From contig JBIIEL010000001.1 of the NCBI GenBank assembly GCA_044237845.1, positions 86,173 to 150,172 of the forward strand: DNA of 64,000 nt, in the 5' to 3' direction. Made by a program: the position numbers and the translations under genes. Under the pieces are notes generated by a model. That model saw nothing but the letters and a program-made list of their open reading frames with translations, made no database searches and was not told where the DNA came from. Every line of letters begins with the position of its first letter. Position 1 is the first letter of the stretch. This DNA comes from Rickettsiales bacterium (GTDB taxonomy: Bacteria; Pseudomonadota; Alphaproteobacteria; Rickettsiales; UBA3002). Shown in pieces: positions 18,879 through 29,066 of the stretch.

Positions 18879-21800
18879 TCATGCCCCCGTGATCGCCTGT
18901 ACCTGACGCAGTGCCACGATCAGCATCGGGTAGTCGAGCGCGGGTTGTGCGCGCAGGTCGCCGATGAAATTGCTGTGGCGGTTCAGAGCCTCTGCATTCG
19001 CTTTCTCCCACGCGGCGGCGATGTCGCCCTTGCCACGGCCGAGGCGCGTGATGGCGCTTTCGGTAAGGCGGCGTTGCGCGGCATAGAACTCCACCCCGAG
19101 CGATTTAACAGCGAGCTGCTGCCAGTAATTATCTGCCGAGAGCTGCGCCGCACTGTCGCGCAGCCAGCCGAGTTTCAGCATGTCGCCGAACGCGAAGTAG
19201 ATACGACCCACTTCGGCGAGCGGCTTCTTGCTGCGGCGGGCGAGGTCGATCATGTCGCACGCGGCTTTCATCACCTCGAGCGTAGCGATGCGGCGTGCCA
19301 GTGGCTGCGGCACGCCGGTCTCGGTGAGCGCGGTCACCTGCGCATCAAATGCCGTGCGGGCATGGGCATTCATCAGCTTATCTGCCTGTTTTTCGAGGTC
19401 GCGAATGCCGGGCGCATAGGCCGCCACCACGTCCGCAATCTTCATCGGCTGCGGGATGTTGGCGAGGAACCAGCGGCTGTTATGCTCAATGAAGCCGGTG
19501 AGCTTCGCAAACAACGCGGCCTGATGGGCAGCGTTGATTTTACCATCCAGCGCCTCAATTTCTGCCCAGAGCGAACGCAATGAGAACGCATCGCGCGTGG
19601 CGATATACGCCTGCGCAATATCCGCTGCGGGAAGTCCCGTCGCCTGCATCAGGCTATGTGCGAAATAAAAGCCGGTGCGGTTGACGATGGAGTTGGTCAC
19701 CATCGTCGCCACAATCTCGCGGCGCAGGCGGTGTGATTTGATGTCAGCGGCGAATTCCTTCTGCATTGCGGTCGGGAAATAACGCAGCAGATCGGCCTCG
19801 AAATACGGCGCATCGAGCAGTTTGGAATCCTTGATGTCGCGGAAGAAGGCCATCTTCGCATAAGCGAGCAGCACCGCAATTTCCGGCCGGGTGAGGCCGA
19901 GTTTCGCGCTCTTCATCTCCGCGAGTTGCTTGCTGTCGGGCAGCGCTTCCACTTCGCGGTTGAGGAAACCCTCGCGCTCGAGATGCGTCATGAGTTGCGA
20001 GGCTGGCTCAAGCAGCGCCGTACCCTGCATCTGGCCAATCGACACGGCTTGCGTTTGCAGACGGTTGTCGAGCAGCACGAGGTCGGACACATTATCCGTC
20101 ATCTTTTTGAGCAGCGCGTCGCGTGCTTTGAGCGTGATGCGCTTGGCGGCCATACTGCCGACGAAGGCGATCTTGATATTCACCTCGTGGTCGGAGCAAT
20201 CCACCCCGCCGGAATTGTCGATCGCGTCGGTATTGATGCGGCCACCGGTACGTGCGTACTCAATACGCCCGCGCTGGGTGAAGCCTAGGTTCCCGCCCTC
20301 GCCAAGGATTTTGGCGCGCAGCTCGTTGCCGTTGATGCGGAGCGCAATGTTCGCACGGTCGCCCACCGACTCATGCGTTTCGCTCGTCGCTTTCACATAG
20401 GTGCCGATGCCGCCGTTCCACAATAAATCGACCGGCGCTTTGAGGATGATGCGAATCAGTTCGTCCGGCGTGGCCTTGCTCACTTTGGTGCCGAGGACGT
20501 TCTGCATTTCCGGCGTGAGGGTAATGGATTTCGCCGCGCGCTCGAAAATGCCGCCGCCTTTGCTGATGAGCTTGGCGTTGTAATCCGTCCAATTGCTGCG
20601 CGGCAGCTTGAACATGCGCGCGCGTTCGGCGTAGCTCGCCGCCGCGTCCGGTGTTGGGTCGATGAAGATATGGCGGTGGTTGAACGCCGCGACGAGGCGC
20701 ATGTTTTTGTTGAGCAGCGCGCCGTTGCCGAATACGTCGCCCGACATATCGCCGATGCCGACACAGGTAAACGAGCGATCTGGCTGGCCAACTGCGGTGT
20801 CGTGTCCGTGCTCAAAACTCACGTACTTCGTTGTACGCTCAAGTTTCTGCGCGCGGCCACTCCTAGCATTTGGCTCAGCCATATCGCTCGCCACGCTTTT
20901 AGCGGCAGCGTCGTAATTCAGCACGACGGGGCCGATATCGCGCCCCATTTCGCGGAAGTGACGCTCGACCGACACCCAGCCACCACGCGCGGTGATGCCC
21001 ATGACTTTGTGGTCATACCCGACCGAGCCGCCGGACGCGAATGCATCCCCCAGCCAGAAACCATATTCGGCCGAGATGCCGTTTGCGGTATCGGAGAAAG
21101 TCGCCGTGCCTTTATCTGCCGCGACGACGAGATATGGATCGTCATTGTCGTATCGTACCACATTTTGCGGCGGCACAATTTTGGTGCCGACGATATTGTC
21201 GGTAATATCCAGCAGGCCGCGCAGGAAAATTTTGTAGCATTCCACGCCCTCGGCCTGAAACGCGTCGCGCTCCGCCGGTGGTTGACGGAGAATGAACCCG
21301 CCCTTCGCGCCCTGCGGTACGATGACGGCGTTTTTCACCTGCTGCGTTTTCATCAGCCCCAGCACTTCGGTGCGGAAATCTTCCGGACGATCCGACCAAC
21401 GCAAGCCTCCGCGCGCAACCGAACCGCCACGCAGATGCACACCTTCCATCCGCCGCGAGGTGACGAAGACCTCGACATGTGGAATCGGCAGCGGCATTTC
21501 CGGCACCGCGCTCGACTGAATTTTCATCGAGAGATAGGATTTAGGCGCACCGGTTTTATCCGTCTGGTAGAAGTTGGTGCGCAAAGTCGCCATCATCAGC
21601 GCGAGGAACTGGCGGATGATGCGGTCTTCCGCAAGGTTGGTGATGGATTCGAGCGCGGCCTCGATGCTCGCTTTCAGTTTCGCCGAAGCGGTCTCGCGCC
21701 CCTTGCTGGCGGCGGGGTTGAAGCGCGCGGCGAACAGGTTCACAAGTGCGCGTGCGAGTTCGGGATGGTTGCTGAGCGCACCGGCGATGAAGCTCTGGCT

Positions 21801-23834
21801 ATACGGGAAGACGAGCTGCTGCATGTAGCGCGCATAGGCCCGCACAATTTCCACCTCGCGCGAGGTGAGTCCGGCGGAGAAAATGAGCGCGTTGAAGGCG
21901 TCGTCATCCGTTTTGCCGCGCCAGATATTGCTGATCGCTTCCTCGATCCGCGCCTTGTTTTCGGCGAGGCTGAGGGCACCTGCACCGGCGACGCGCAGGG
22001 TGAAGTTGCGCAGCAGCACGGGCTTCAGCGGCGTGTGCGGGGTGATGGTGTAGGGCGTTGCGTCGATCACCGTCGCGCCCATATGTTCTAGGCTGGGGAT
22101 GATCGCCGACAGCTCGGAATTCATGTCGTGCGTGAAGCAGTTGAGATGCAGATGGTCGCCCTGTGCGCCCGTGGGGCGGAACAGCGCCACGGCGAGCCCG
22201 TCGCCCGATTCGCAGCTGAGCACGTGGCGAATGTCGTGCGCGGCGGCTTGCGCGTTGGTGCTGTTGATATAAGCCGCCGGGAATGCGGTGGCGAAGCTTT
22301 GGAAAATCGCCGGGCCTTTCACGTCGCCGAACAGGCTGTTGATCGCATCGCGCAGCGCATCGGTGAAAATGCTGGCGCGGCTTGAGATTTGATATTCGAG
22401 CTCGCCTTCATCCACGTTCGGGATTTTGCCCGGCGTGGTTTCGATCAGCACATGCAGGCGCGCCAGCGGCGACTCGGTAATCTGCGTGTAGAACGTGCTC
22501 GAACGCCCGGCATAGGCGCGCTCCAGAATGCGGATGATTTCTTCGCGAAGGCTGGAGGAGAAACGTTCGCGCGGCACATAGACCATCGCGCTGACGAAGC
22601 GGCCGAACTGATCCGGGCGGACGAAGAGTTTCACCTGCGGTTTTTCATCGAGCGAGACGATGCCCATCACGGTTTGGAAGAGGCGGTCTTCGTCGAGCTG
22701 GAACAGTTCGTCGCGCGGCAGGAATTCGAGAATAGCCTTGAGCGATTTGCCCGAGTGGCTGGATGGGTTGAAACCCGCACGCTTCATGATGCTCGCCGAT
22801 TTCCGGCGCAGGAACGGAATGTTCTGCGTTTCGCGGTAATACACGGTCGAGGTAAACAGGCCGAGCATGCGCAGCTCGCCCGCGAATTTGCCCTTCGCAT
22901 CGAAACGACGCACCACGATCAGATCCATCGGCGTGTGGCGATGCACCAGCGAGAAGGCGGATGCTTTGAGCACGTTGATGATATCGTGCGCGATGGGATG
23001 TGCTGCGTCCTCCACGCCCGTCACGTCGCTATCCGGCGGCAGTTTATAGATGCCAAGCGCGGAGGATTTATCGAGCGCGAGCTTCTCGCCCTTCGCCGCG
23101 AAATGCGCCATGCCGAGGAACACGAAATGGTTGCTCGCCAGCCAGTTGAGCAGGTCGCGCATCTCGGCTAGGTCTTCCGCCGCGACGCCAGGCAGCGTGC
23201 GTTTATATTCTTCGGCAAGCGCGGGCACGCGGTCGCGCATCGCCCGCCAGTCGGCCACCGCAGCGGCAACGTGATCGAGCACATGCTCCATTTTCGCTGT
23301 GAGCTGCTTGGGCGACAGCGTCGTCGGCAGCGGCGAGAGCTCAACATAAATCAGCGATTCGGCGTTGCCGTTTTTCCCGGCCACAGCGTTGCCCTTGGCG
23401 TCGCGCGCGGTGGTGAGAATGGGGTGGCAGATGAGGTGGATGGAGAGGCCGAGTGAGGTGAACAGCCCCGTCAGCGAATCCACCAGAAACGGCATGTCGG
23501 TGTTCAGCGCCATCACCTGCGTGCGGGTGAGGCTGCGCGCGCCGTCTTTCACCGTGATCGGCAGCACGCTGATTTTGGGGGCCGCTTTGCCCGGGCGGGT
23601 GGCGTAGAATTTCTCCGCGGCGAGCGCGATGTCCGCCGAGCGTGCAGGGGTTTGGCTGTCGAGGTTGAGCAGGGTCGAATGCGCGTAGAAGTTCTCGATA
23701 AACTGTTTGCGCGCCGGGCTGGTGCCCTTCGGCGCTGCCGCCACAATCGCCGCGATGCGCTGCTGGTGGAGCGAGCTGTAATTGCCCTCGCGTGCGCTTT
23801 TACGTTGGGTTGCAAGCGATGCAGAAACAGCCAT
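18879..23834 (-). CDS. gdhZ: NAD-specific glutamate dehydrogenase, large (about 180 kDa) form
   Basis: 1651-aa ORF. The central catalytic region (PQGAKGGFIL.., GPDMGT-like context) and overall architecture match the giant NAD-GDH family. Confidence 0.9.
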   Translation of the reverse strand: MAVSASLATQRKSAREGNYSSLHQQRIAAIVAAAPKGTSPARKQFIENFYAHSTLLNLDSQTPARSADIALAAEKFYATRPGKAAPKISVLPITVKDGARSLTRTQVMALNTDMPFLVDSLTGLFTSLGLSIHLICHPILTTARDAKGNAVAGKNGNAESLIYVELSPLPTTLSPKQLTAKMEHVLDHVAAAVADWRAMRDRVPALAEEYKRTLPGVAAEDLAEMRDLLNWLASNHFVFLGMAHFAAKGEKLALDKSSALGIYKLPPDSDVTGVEDAAHPIAHDIINVLKASAFSLVHRHTPMDLIVVRRFDAKGKFAGELRMLGLFTSTVYYRETQNIPFLRRKSASIMKRAGFNPSSHSGKSLKAILEFLPRDELFQLDEDRLFQTVMGIVSLDEKPQVKLFVRPDQFGRFVSAMVYVPRERFSSSLREEIIRILERAYAGRSSTFYTQITESPLARLHVLIETTPGKIPNVDEGELEYQISSRASIFTDALRDAINSLFGDVKGPAIFQSFATAFPAAYINSTNAQAAAHDIRHVLSCESGDGLAVALFRPTGAQGDHLHLNCFTHDMNSELSAIIPSLEHMGATVIDATPYTITPHTPLKPVLLRNFTLRVAGAGALSLAENKARIEEAISNIWRGKTDDDAFNALIFSAGLTSREVEIVRAYARYMQQLVFPYSQSFIAGALSNHPELARALVNLFAARFNPAASKGRETASAKLKASIEAALESITNLAEDRIIRQFLALMMATLRTNFYQTDKTGAPKSYLSMKIQSSAVPEMPLPIPHVEVFVTSRRMEGVHLRGGSVARGGLRWSDRPEDFRTEVLGLMKTQQVKNAVIVPQGAKGGFILRQPPAERDAFQAEGVECYKIFLRGLLDITDNIVGTKIVPPQNVVRYDNDDPYLVVAADKGTATFSDTANGISAEYGFWLGDAFASGGSVGYDHKVMGITARGGWVSVERHFREMGRDIGPVVLNYDAAAKSVASDMAEPNARSGRAQKLERTTKYVSFEHGHDTAVGQPDRSFTCVGIGDMSGDVFGNGALLNKNMRLVAAFNHRHIFIDPTPDAAASYAERARMFKLPRSNWTDYNAKLISKGGGIFERAAKSITLTPEMQNVLGTKVSKATPDELIRIILKAPVDLLWNGGIGTYVKATSETHESVGDRANIALRINGNELRAKILGEGGNLGFTQRGRIEYARTGGRINTDAIDNSGGVDCSDHEVNIKIAFVGSMAAKRITLKARDALLKKMTDNVSDLVLLDNRLQTQAVSIGQMQGTALLEPASQLMTHLEREGFLNREVEALPDSKQLAEMKSAKLGLTRPEIAVLLAYAKMAFFRDIKDSKLLDAPYFEADLLRYFPTAMQKEFAADIKSHRLRREIVATMVTNSIVNRTGFYFAHSLMQATGLPAADIAQAYIATRDAFSLRSLWAEIEALDGKINAAHQAALFAKLTGFIEHNSRWFLANIPQPMKIADVVAAYAPGIRDLEKQADKLMNAHARTAFDAQVTALTETGVPQPLARRIATLEVMKAACDMIDLARRSKKPLAEVGRIYFAFGDMLKLGWLRDSAAQLSADNYWQQLAVKSLGVEFYAAQRRLTESAITRLGRGKGDIAAAWEKANAEALNRHSNFIGDLRAQPALDYPMLIVALRQVQAITGA

Positions 23835-24066
23835 GGTAACACTCCTGATATTTCAGTTTAAATCCCTACGCCTCCTTACGCCGACTTGGGCAAAAAGTGA
23901 AAGGAAAAAACGCAAAAAGTGAGGCTGCTCGTTATGTGTACATGCCGAAGTTCATCCTCAGCGCGTCACCCCGTCGCACGATGGGGCCCACCTGTTACTT
24001 GCTCCGTCGGCATGTGTGACAGATGGACCCCGTGGTAAACACGGGGTTACAGGCTCTGGAAGCCAC

Positions 24067-24711
24067 CTACCAGCTCAGTCCGTGGCGGCTGTTGTGCTGA
24101 CGGTTGAGGCGAATCATCACCTCGAGATTCGCGGCGCGGCTTTCGTCTTTCAAGAGTGCGAGGCCGCGATGTGGTTCGCATCGCCACTGATGCGCTTGTG
24201 CTAGTATTTCCGGCAGGGCGCGGTTTTCAAACAGATAGGCCAGCACTTCCTGAAATTCCTGGCTGTCGGTTGGGCGTTCGAGTCGTAATTCAAGCGTTTT
24301 ACGAATATGATGGCGGGCAAAACGCGCATCCTCCGCCGTGTAGGGCACAATCGCATTCGCAATTTCCGACCAGCTTCCCGGCGTGCTGTCGATGAGGGCA
24401 CGAAAATGCCGATCCGCACGGTGGGGGCAGGCCGCATCTTCCGTGAGCAGCTGCGCCATGCGAATGACAGTGAGCGCCGCCTCGGTCGCGGCAGTATCTG
24501 TGCGGGAAGGCAATGGCTTAGCGCTGTCGCAGAGATGTGGGTTAGCATAAGAAAGCAGGGCAACCGCATCGCCTGCGGTGGGCGTGGCAAGGGCGCGTGC
24601 GGCTGCGGCGACGTGATCCACGGGGGCTTCGTATTGCGGCGCCGATGGCGGCGGGATATGTACTATTGCCGGGGGAATATCCGCCCCCACGGCAGAGAAT
24701 TGCTCGACCAT
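24067..24711 (-). CDS. hypothetical protein
   Basis: 214-aa ORF with a GC3-rich, coding-like codon pattern. No motif recognised. Preceded by a CtrA-type box and TATACT ending 6 nt before the ATG. Confidence 0.5.
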   Translation of the reverse strand: MVEQFSAVGADIPPAIVHIPPPSAPQYEAPVDHVAAAARALATPTAGDAVALLSYANPHLCDSAKPLPSRTDTAATEAALTVIRMAQLLTEDAACPHRADRHFRALIDSTPGSWSEIANAIVPYTAEDARFARHHIRKTLELRLERPTDSQEFQEVLAYLFENRALPEILAQAHQWRCEPHRGLALLKDESRAANLEVMIRLNRQHNSRHGLSW

Positions 24712-24733
24712 GGGTTGAGTATAGCGGGAATTA

Positions 24734-24749
24734 GTTAAGAAAGCGTTAA
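24734..24749 (-). promoter_or_regulatory. CtrA-type box TTAA-N7-TTAAC, then N10 and TATACT
   Basis: Sense strand reads AATCTTAACGCTTTCTTAAC-taattcccgc-TATACT, with the -10 at 24723..24718. The ATG at 24711 lies about where transcription would start, so the mRNA may be leaderless. Confidence 0.5.
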
Positions 24750-24784
24750 GATTCCGCTGACGTGTTAACTAGATTACAGATTCC

Positions 24785-25711
24785 CTACGCGCCGACCCCA
24801 TCCCAGAACAGGGCGGCGAGGTTTTTGCCGTAGAGTTTTTCGGCGGCGCGGAGGCCGGTGGGGGAGGTGACGTTGATCTCCGTCAGCCAGTCGCCGATGA
24901 CGTCGATCCCGGCGAGTACCAGCCCCTCGGCAATGAGAAACGGCGCGAGCGCGGCGCAGATTTCTTCCTGCTTCGGCGTGAGGGTGGCGGCGACGGGCGC
25001 GCCGCCCACGCGCATATTGGCGCGGATGGAGCCTTCCATAGGCACGCGGCCAAACACGGCTTCCACCTTGCCGTTGATGAAGAGAATCCGTTTATCATCG
25101 CGTGCGACTTCGGGCAGGAATTGCTGCCACATCAGCGGCTCGCGCGACTGCTCCGACCATTGCTCGAGCAGCGTGTCGATATTGCTATCCCCGGCCGCGA
25201 GTTTGAACACGCCGCGCCCGCCATAGCCATAAAGCGGCTTGGCGACCACGTTGCCGCAGGATTTGATGAAGGCGTGGATTTCCGCACTGTCGAGGCTGAT
25301 GAGCGTTGGCGGCATAAAGCGCGCAAAGGCGAGGCTCGATAATTTCTCCGGCGCGTTGCGAACGCCTTCGGGGTTATTTAAAACAAGAACCTCTGGCGGA
25401 AGCTGCTCTAGCAAATGCGTGGCGGTGATGTAGCCCATGTCAAACGGCGGGTCTTGCCGCATCAGCACCACGTTCATTTCAGCGAGGGGGCGGCGCACGG
25501 CCTCGCCCAGCTGCCAACAGGGGGTTTGGCTGAAGTCGAGCGTGATGGGGGCGAGCGGGGCGGTGAGGGTTCCCTCGCGCCAGCTTAACATCGGCGCTTC
25601 GTAGAAATAGACCGTATGGCCGCGCTTCGCCGCCTCTTCTATCAGCATGCAGCTGGTGTCCGTCGCGGGGTTTAGCCGCGCGGGGTGGTCCATCTGGATG
25701 GCGATTTGCAT
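24785..25711 (-). CDS. gshB: glutathione synthetase
   Basis: ORF 24785..26137 trimmed to ATG 25711 (MQIAIQMDHPARLNPATDTS). ATP-grasp C-terminus (RILFINGKVEAVFGRVP..SIRANMRVGG). The start overlaps the upstream stop by 1 nt. Confidence 0.9.
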   Translation of the reverse strand: MQIAIQMDHPARLNPATDTSCMLIEEAAKRGHTVYFYEAPMLSWREGTLTAPLAPITLDFSQTPCWQLGEAVRRPLAEMNVVLMRQDPPFDMGYITATHLLEQLPPEVLVLNNPEGVRNAPEKLSSLAFARFMPPTLISLDSAEIHAFIKSCGNVVAKPLYGYGGRGVFKLAAGDSNIDTLLEQWSEQSREPLMWQQFLPEVARDDKRILFINGKVEAVFGRVPMEGSIRANMRVGGAPVAATLTPKQEEICAALAPFLIAEGLVLAGIDVIGDWLTEINVTSPTGLRAAEKLYGKNLAALFWDGVGA

Positions 25712-26421
25712 TAGTAGCCGCCGCTGGCCGGGCTGTTGGGGCTGACTTCGATCTGGTCGAGCGGGGTAAGGGTGCCGCTGGTATCGCTCGTGCTGCTGCC
25801 CATGGGCCGTGGCGATGGCGTACTCGGCGTACCTGCCGGCGCGAGGTTGGTCTCCGGATTCACCTGAAGATGGCTGACCACACGTTTCACGCCCTTGGTG
25901 GTGCGGCAAATGCTCATCACGCGGTCGAGCTCGCCCTGGTCTTTCACGCGGCCGATGATGTAGGCCACGCCGTTTTGCACGTCGATGGAATAGTTGATGA
26001 CCCAGACATCTTTGGTGATGAGCAGCCGCGCCTCGATATTGCGTTTGACCAGCGAATCGCCCGCCGTCGAAATAATATTCGCGCTCGGGTCGACCACCAG
26101 CTCGTTGATGACTTCTTCGACGCCCTTGGCTTTCCAAGCGAGGGCGACCGCATCCGCCGCTGCTTGCTCGTTATCCACCGTGCCGGTGAGCATGACGCGC
26201 GCGAAGCGGGTGTTGATGTTCACATCACCCACCAGCGCACCTTTGTCGGCGGTAGTGAATTGTTTGATGATATCGGCGTAGAGCAGTTTATCGTCAACCT
26301 TGCGGCCGGCGCTGCGATTCTCGGCCGCGGAAATCGCCGCTTCGGTGCCGGCGCTGATGACGAGCGACGCGCAGGCATTGAGCAGGAAAGGAAGGGCGGC
26401 AAGCAGCAGAAAACGGCGCAT
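25711..26421 (-). CDS. BON domain-containing lipoprotein (OsmY-like)
   Basis: Lipobox LLNAC. Two BON-like repeats (VNINTRFARVMLTGTV.., VQNGVAYIIGRVKDQGE). Confidence 0.8.
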   Translation of the reverse strand: MRRFLLLAALPFLLNACASLVISAGTEAAISAAENRSAGRKVDDKLLYADIIKQFTTADKGALVGDVNINTRFARVMLTGTVDNEQAAADAVALAWKAKGVEEVINELVVDPSANIISTAGDSLVKRNIEARLLITKDVWVINYSIDVQNGVAYIIGRVKDQGELDRVMSICRTTKGVKRVVSHLQVNPETNLAPAGTPSTPSPRPMGSSTSDTSGTLTPLDQIEVSPNSPASGGY

Positions 26422-26430
26422 AAAAACTCC

Positions 26431-26790
26431 TCAGGAAAACGCATTCGGTAGATGCTTCGGCCAGTGATACCACGCGATGAGGCAAACGTCGAACCGAACT
26501 TCACACTGGGCATATCGCGGGTGACTGGCGAGGTAGTGCTGTGCTGCGCGCACCACACGCGACTGGTTTTTGGCGTGGACGGCATGGGCGGCGTTGTCCG
26601 CATCCGCGCGGGCCTTCACCTCGACAAACACCAGCCGTCGACCGCGTTTCATAATCAGGTCGATCTCGCCCACCGGGGTTTTGTAGCGCATGGCGAGGGG
26701 GAAATAACCTTTGAGCATGAGGTAGAGAAGTGCCAGCCACTCCGCCACCAGACCGCTTCTGTGGCTGCGGCGATGTTTTTGGCTCGTCAT
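26431..26790 (-). CDS. yraN: YraN family endonuclease-like protein (UPF0102)
   Basis: 119 aa. GEIDLIMKRGRRLVFVEVKAR motif. Confidence 0.8.
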   Translation of the reverse strand: MTSQKHRRSHRSGLVAEWLALLYLMLKGYFPLAMRYKTPVGEIDLIMKRGRRLVFVEVKARADADNAAHAVHAKNQSRVVRAAQHYLASHPRYAQCEVRFDVCLIAWYHWPKHLPNAFS

Positions 26791-27626
26791 GCCCCGTCCT
26801 TAATCGCCAGTGCGCGGGCATAGACATCGCTTTTGGCGCGGCCGGAGTTTTTGGCGACCTCAGCCACGGCATCCTTCAGGCGCTGGGTTTTCATCGCCTC
26901 GGTGAGGGCGGCATCAATTGCATCGTCGTCCATCGCGGCGGCGGGGGAAGCACCTGCGACTACAATCACGCATTCTCCCCTTGCAGGGGTGGCGGTGTAA
27001 TGGGCGAGGAGTGCGCTAAGCGGCGCGCGGCGGCATTCTTCGTAGAGCTTGGTCAGCTCGCGCGCGACGGCGGCGGGGCGATCACCGAACGCGGCCTCTA
27101 GGTCGGCCAGCGTGTCGGTGAGGCGGTGGGGCGCTTCATAAAACACCAGCGTCGCGGGGATAGTGGCCAGCGACGCAAGCGTCGCCCGCCGCGCGGTAGC
27201 CTTGCTCGGCAAAAACCCGGCATAGAAGAATTGCTCGGCGGGAAGTCCGGCGATAGTGACGGCGGACAGCAGCGCGCTCGCACCGGGAATGGGGGTGACC
27301 CGGATGCCCGCGGCGATGGCAGCGGCAACGAGCCGCGCGCCGGGGTCGGACAGCAGCGGCGTGCCGGCGTCGGAAATCAGCGCCACCCGATCCCCCGCTA
27401 GCAGTGCGGCGAGGAGGGTTTCGGTTGCTTCCGCCTCGTTATGCGCGTGATAGGACATGAGTGGCATTTTGATGCCGTAATGGTGCAGCAGCCCGCCACT
27501 CACCCGTGTATCCTCGCAGGCGATGCGGTCGGCGGATTTGAGGGTTTCGAGCGCGCGCAGCGTGATATCGCCCAGATTGCCAATGGGTGTTGCGACCAGA
27601 AACAGTTCGCCTTTTTTTTCGGTCAT
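26787..27626 (-). CDS. rsmI: 16S rRNA (cytidine1402-2'-O)-methyltransferase
   Basis: LFLVATPIGNLGDITLRALETLKSADRIACEDTR. 279 aa. ATGA overlap with yraN. Confidence 0.9.
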   Translation of the reverse strand: MTEKKGELFLVATPIGNLGDITLRALETLKSADRIACEDTRVSGGLLHHYGIKMPLMSYHAHNEAEATETLLAALLAGDRVALISDAGTPLLSDPGARLVAAAIAAGIRVTPIPGASALLSAVTIAGLPAEQFFYAGFLPSKATARRATLASLATIPATLVFYEAPHRLTDTLADLEAAFGDRPAAVARELTKLYEECRRAPLSALLAHYTATPARGECVIVVAGASPAAAMDDDAIDAALTEAMKTQRLKDAVAEVAKNSGRAKSDVYARALAIKDGA

Positions 27627-27630
27627 ATCG

Positions 27631-27661
27631 GTGAATGGTGAGGAGTGAGGAGTGAATAGTG
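27631..27661. repeat. tandem heptanucleotide run GTGAATG GTGAGGA GTGAGGA GTGAATA GTG
   Basis: Read directly. Lies 4 nt upstream of the rsmI start codon. The TCAC-containing strand is the rsmI sense strand. Confidence 0.85.
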
Positions 27662-27755
27662 CTAGTCGCTTGTTTGGCTTTCTTCAATTCCTCATTTCCA
27701 CTTCGTCGTGCAACATGGTATGGATCATGCAATGATCCGCGCATGTGAGGAACAA

Positions 27756-28997
27756 ATGAAAAAAATCTACATCATTGCATTCGGCGCGCTGCTATTGATG
27801 GTGTTGTTGGCGCTGCCCGTACTGGCGCAAGAGATTCAGCATGCGCCAATCAGTGGGCGTGCGTTGATGCCGGATGCCGCGGTGGTCGGTGCGCGGGGAA
27901 ATGCGTTGGGGCAGGGACAATCGGCGTCAGCTGGGTTGCTGCCAGTGCAGACGAAGAAAACCGTGAAGGTTGCCCTGTTGCTGCCGCTGACGGGGCGCAA
28001 CGCGACGATGGGTCAGGCGCTGCAAAATGCGGCTAGCCTCGCGCTGTTTGATAAATACGCACAGCTCTCGCGCAAGCAGCAAGAAACCAAGGTGGAATTG
28101 CTGGCAAAAGATACTGGTGATTCGCCAGAACTGGCGCGTGCCGCTATGCAACAGGCGCTTGATGCCGGCGCGGCAGTGGTTATCGGCCCGGTTTTCTCGG
28201 ACACAACAGAGGTGGTCGCGCCGATGGCGGCGGCAAAACAGATTCCGCTGCTCAGTTTCTCGAACAAACGGGCACGGTCGATGCCGGGAACCTACATGCT
28301 TGGATTCTCGCCGCAGGAGCAGGCGTTTAAGATTGTAACCTACGCTATTGAACATAAGCGTAAACGCATCGCCATTCTCGCGCCGAAAACGATGCTGGGC
28401 GACGAGGTGATCGCGGCGGCGCGCACTGCTGCGAATAATGCTGGGGTGAAAATTGTCGCCGAGCAGCAATATGCACCGCAAGGGGCAGGGCTTGAAAAAA
28501 CGCTCGCCGCACTCGTGCCCGAAGGCAGTCCACCGAACTTCGATGCGCTACTGATTGCCGAGGGTGGTGCGCCGCTCGACACCATCATGCGGGCGCTCTC
28601 GACACGGCGGGTGACACCGCTCAATGTACAATTTCTGGGCATCGGGCTGTGGGACGATGTGGCACTGCGCCGTCGGGTGAATCTCGATGGGGCGTGGTTC
28701 GCCTCGAGCCCGCCAGAGATGACAGAGCAGTTTGAAACCCGTTTCCAAGAGACATATGGGTATGCCGCGCCACGCATTTCAAGCCTTGCCTATGACGCGG
28801 TGGCGCTCGCGGTGGCGATTGCAGTGACGGGACGGCCCTATACGGGTGAGGTGCTGCATCACACGCGCGGGTTCACCGGTCCCGCCAACGGCCTCTTCCG
28901 TCTGATGCCGAGTGGCGCGGTGGAACGTGGCCTCGCCGTTATCCGCGTTGAGGGCAGCGCGCTACGCACGTTGGAGCGTGCGCCCACCGGGTTCTAG
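27756..28997 (+). CDS. periplasmic Leu/Ile/Val-binding-fold protein (penicillin-binding protein activator LpoA-like)
   Basis: ORF 27708..28997 trimmed to ATG 27756 with gaggaa upstream. Signal peptide MKKIYIIAFGALLLMVLLALPVLAQ. Type-1 periplasmic-binding fold pattern. Divergent from rsmI, as is common in proteobacteria. Confidence 0.7.
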   Translation: MKKIYIIAFGALLLMVLLALPVLAQEIQHAPISGRALMPDAAVVGARGNALGQGQSASAGLLPVQTKKTVKVALLLPLTGRNATMGQALQNAASLALFDKYAQLSRKQQETKVELLAKDTGDSPELARAAMQQALDAGAAVVIGPVFSDTTEVVAPMAAAKQIPLLSFSNKRARSMPGTYMLGFSPQEQAFKIVTYAIEHKRKRIAILAPKTMLGDEVIAAARTAANNAGVKIVAEQQYAPQGAGLEKTLAALVPEGSPPNFDALLIAEGGAPLDTIMRALSTRRVTPLNVQFLGIGLWDDVALRRRVNLDGAWFASSPPEMTEQFETRFQETYGYAAPRISSLAYDAVALAVAIAVTGRPYTGEVLHHTRGFTGPANGLFRLMPSGAVERGLAVIRVEGSALRTLERAPTGF

Positions 28998-29004
28998 CCC
29001 CCGC

Positions 29005-29039
29005 AAAAGAAAAACCCTCCCCCGCAGGGCGGGGGAGGG
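29005..29039 (-). terminator. intrinsic terminator (10-bp GC stem, then TTTTTCTTTT on the minus strand)
   Basis: CCCTCCCCCG-cagggc context-CGGGGGAGGG with the A-run on the + strand. Lies downstream of the K-rich gene at 29067. A near-identical copy is at 29853..29887. Confidence 0.75.
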
Positions 29040-29066
29040 TACTCTATTGCTTTGTGGATGGGCTAA

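Noticed and set aside
17147-18892. Long antisense ORFs opposite well-supported genes. Examples are 17147..18892 (+) opposite the CapD gene, 20670..22091 (+) opposite gdhZ, 10822..12066 (-), 30967..32079 (-), 50550..51989 (+) and 55876..56739 (+).
   Set aside because: These are typical high-GC shadow ORFs. They have Arg/His/Gly/Ala-rich low-complexity translations and no motifs, and each is fully overlapped by a gene with clear family signatures on the other strand.
18879-23834. The giant 1651-aa ORF as a possible novel system.
   Set aside because: It matches the known large NAD-specific glutamate dehydrogenase family in length and in the central GDH catalytic region. It is ordinary for proteobacteria.
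24027-24045. Hairpin CCCCGTGGTAAACACGGGG downstream of the 214-aa orphan and upstream of gdhZ.
   Set aside because: No T-tract on either strand, so I cannot support a terminator call. A half-site CTGTCACA next to it lacks a phased partner.
24785-26137. The 450-aa extended version of gshB, and the similar 265-aa version of the lipoprotein ORF 33885..34682.
   Set aside because: The N-terminal extensions overlap the upstream BON and lipoprotein genes, are Arg/Gly/Pro/Cys-rich, and precede obvious true starts (MQIAIQMDH.., MAKHLL..lipobox).
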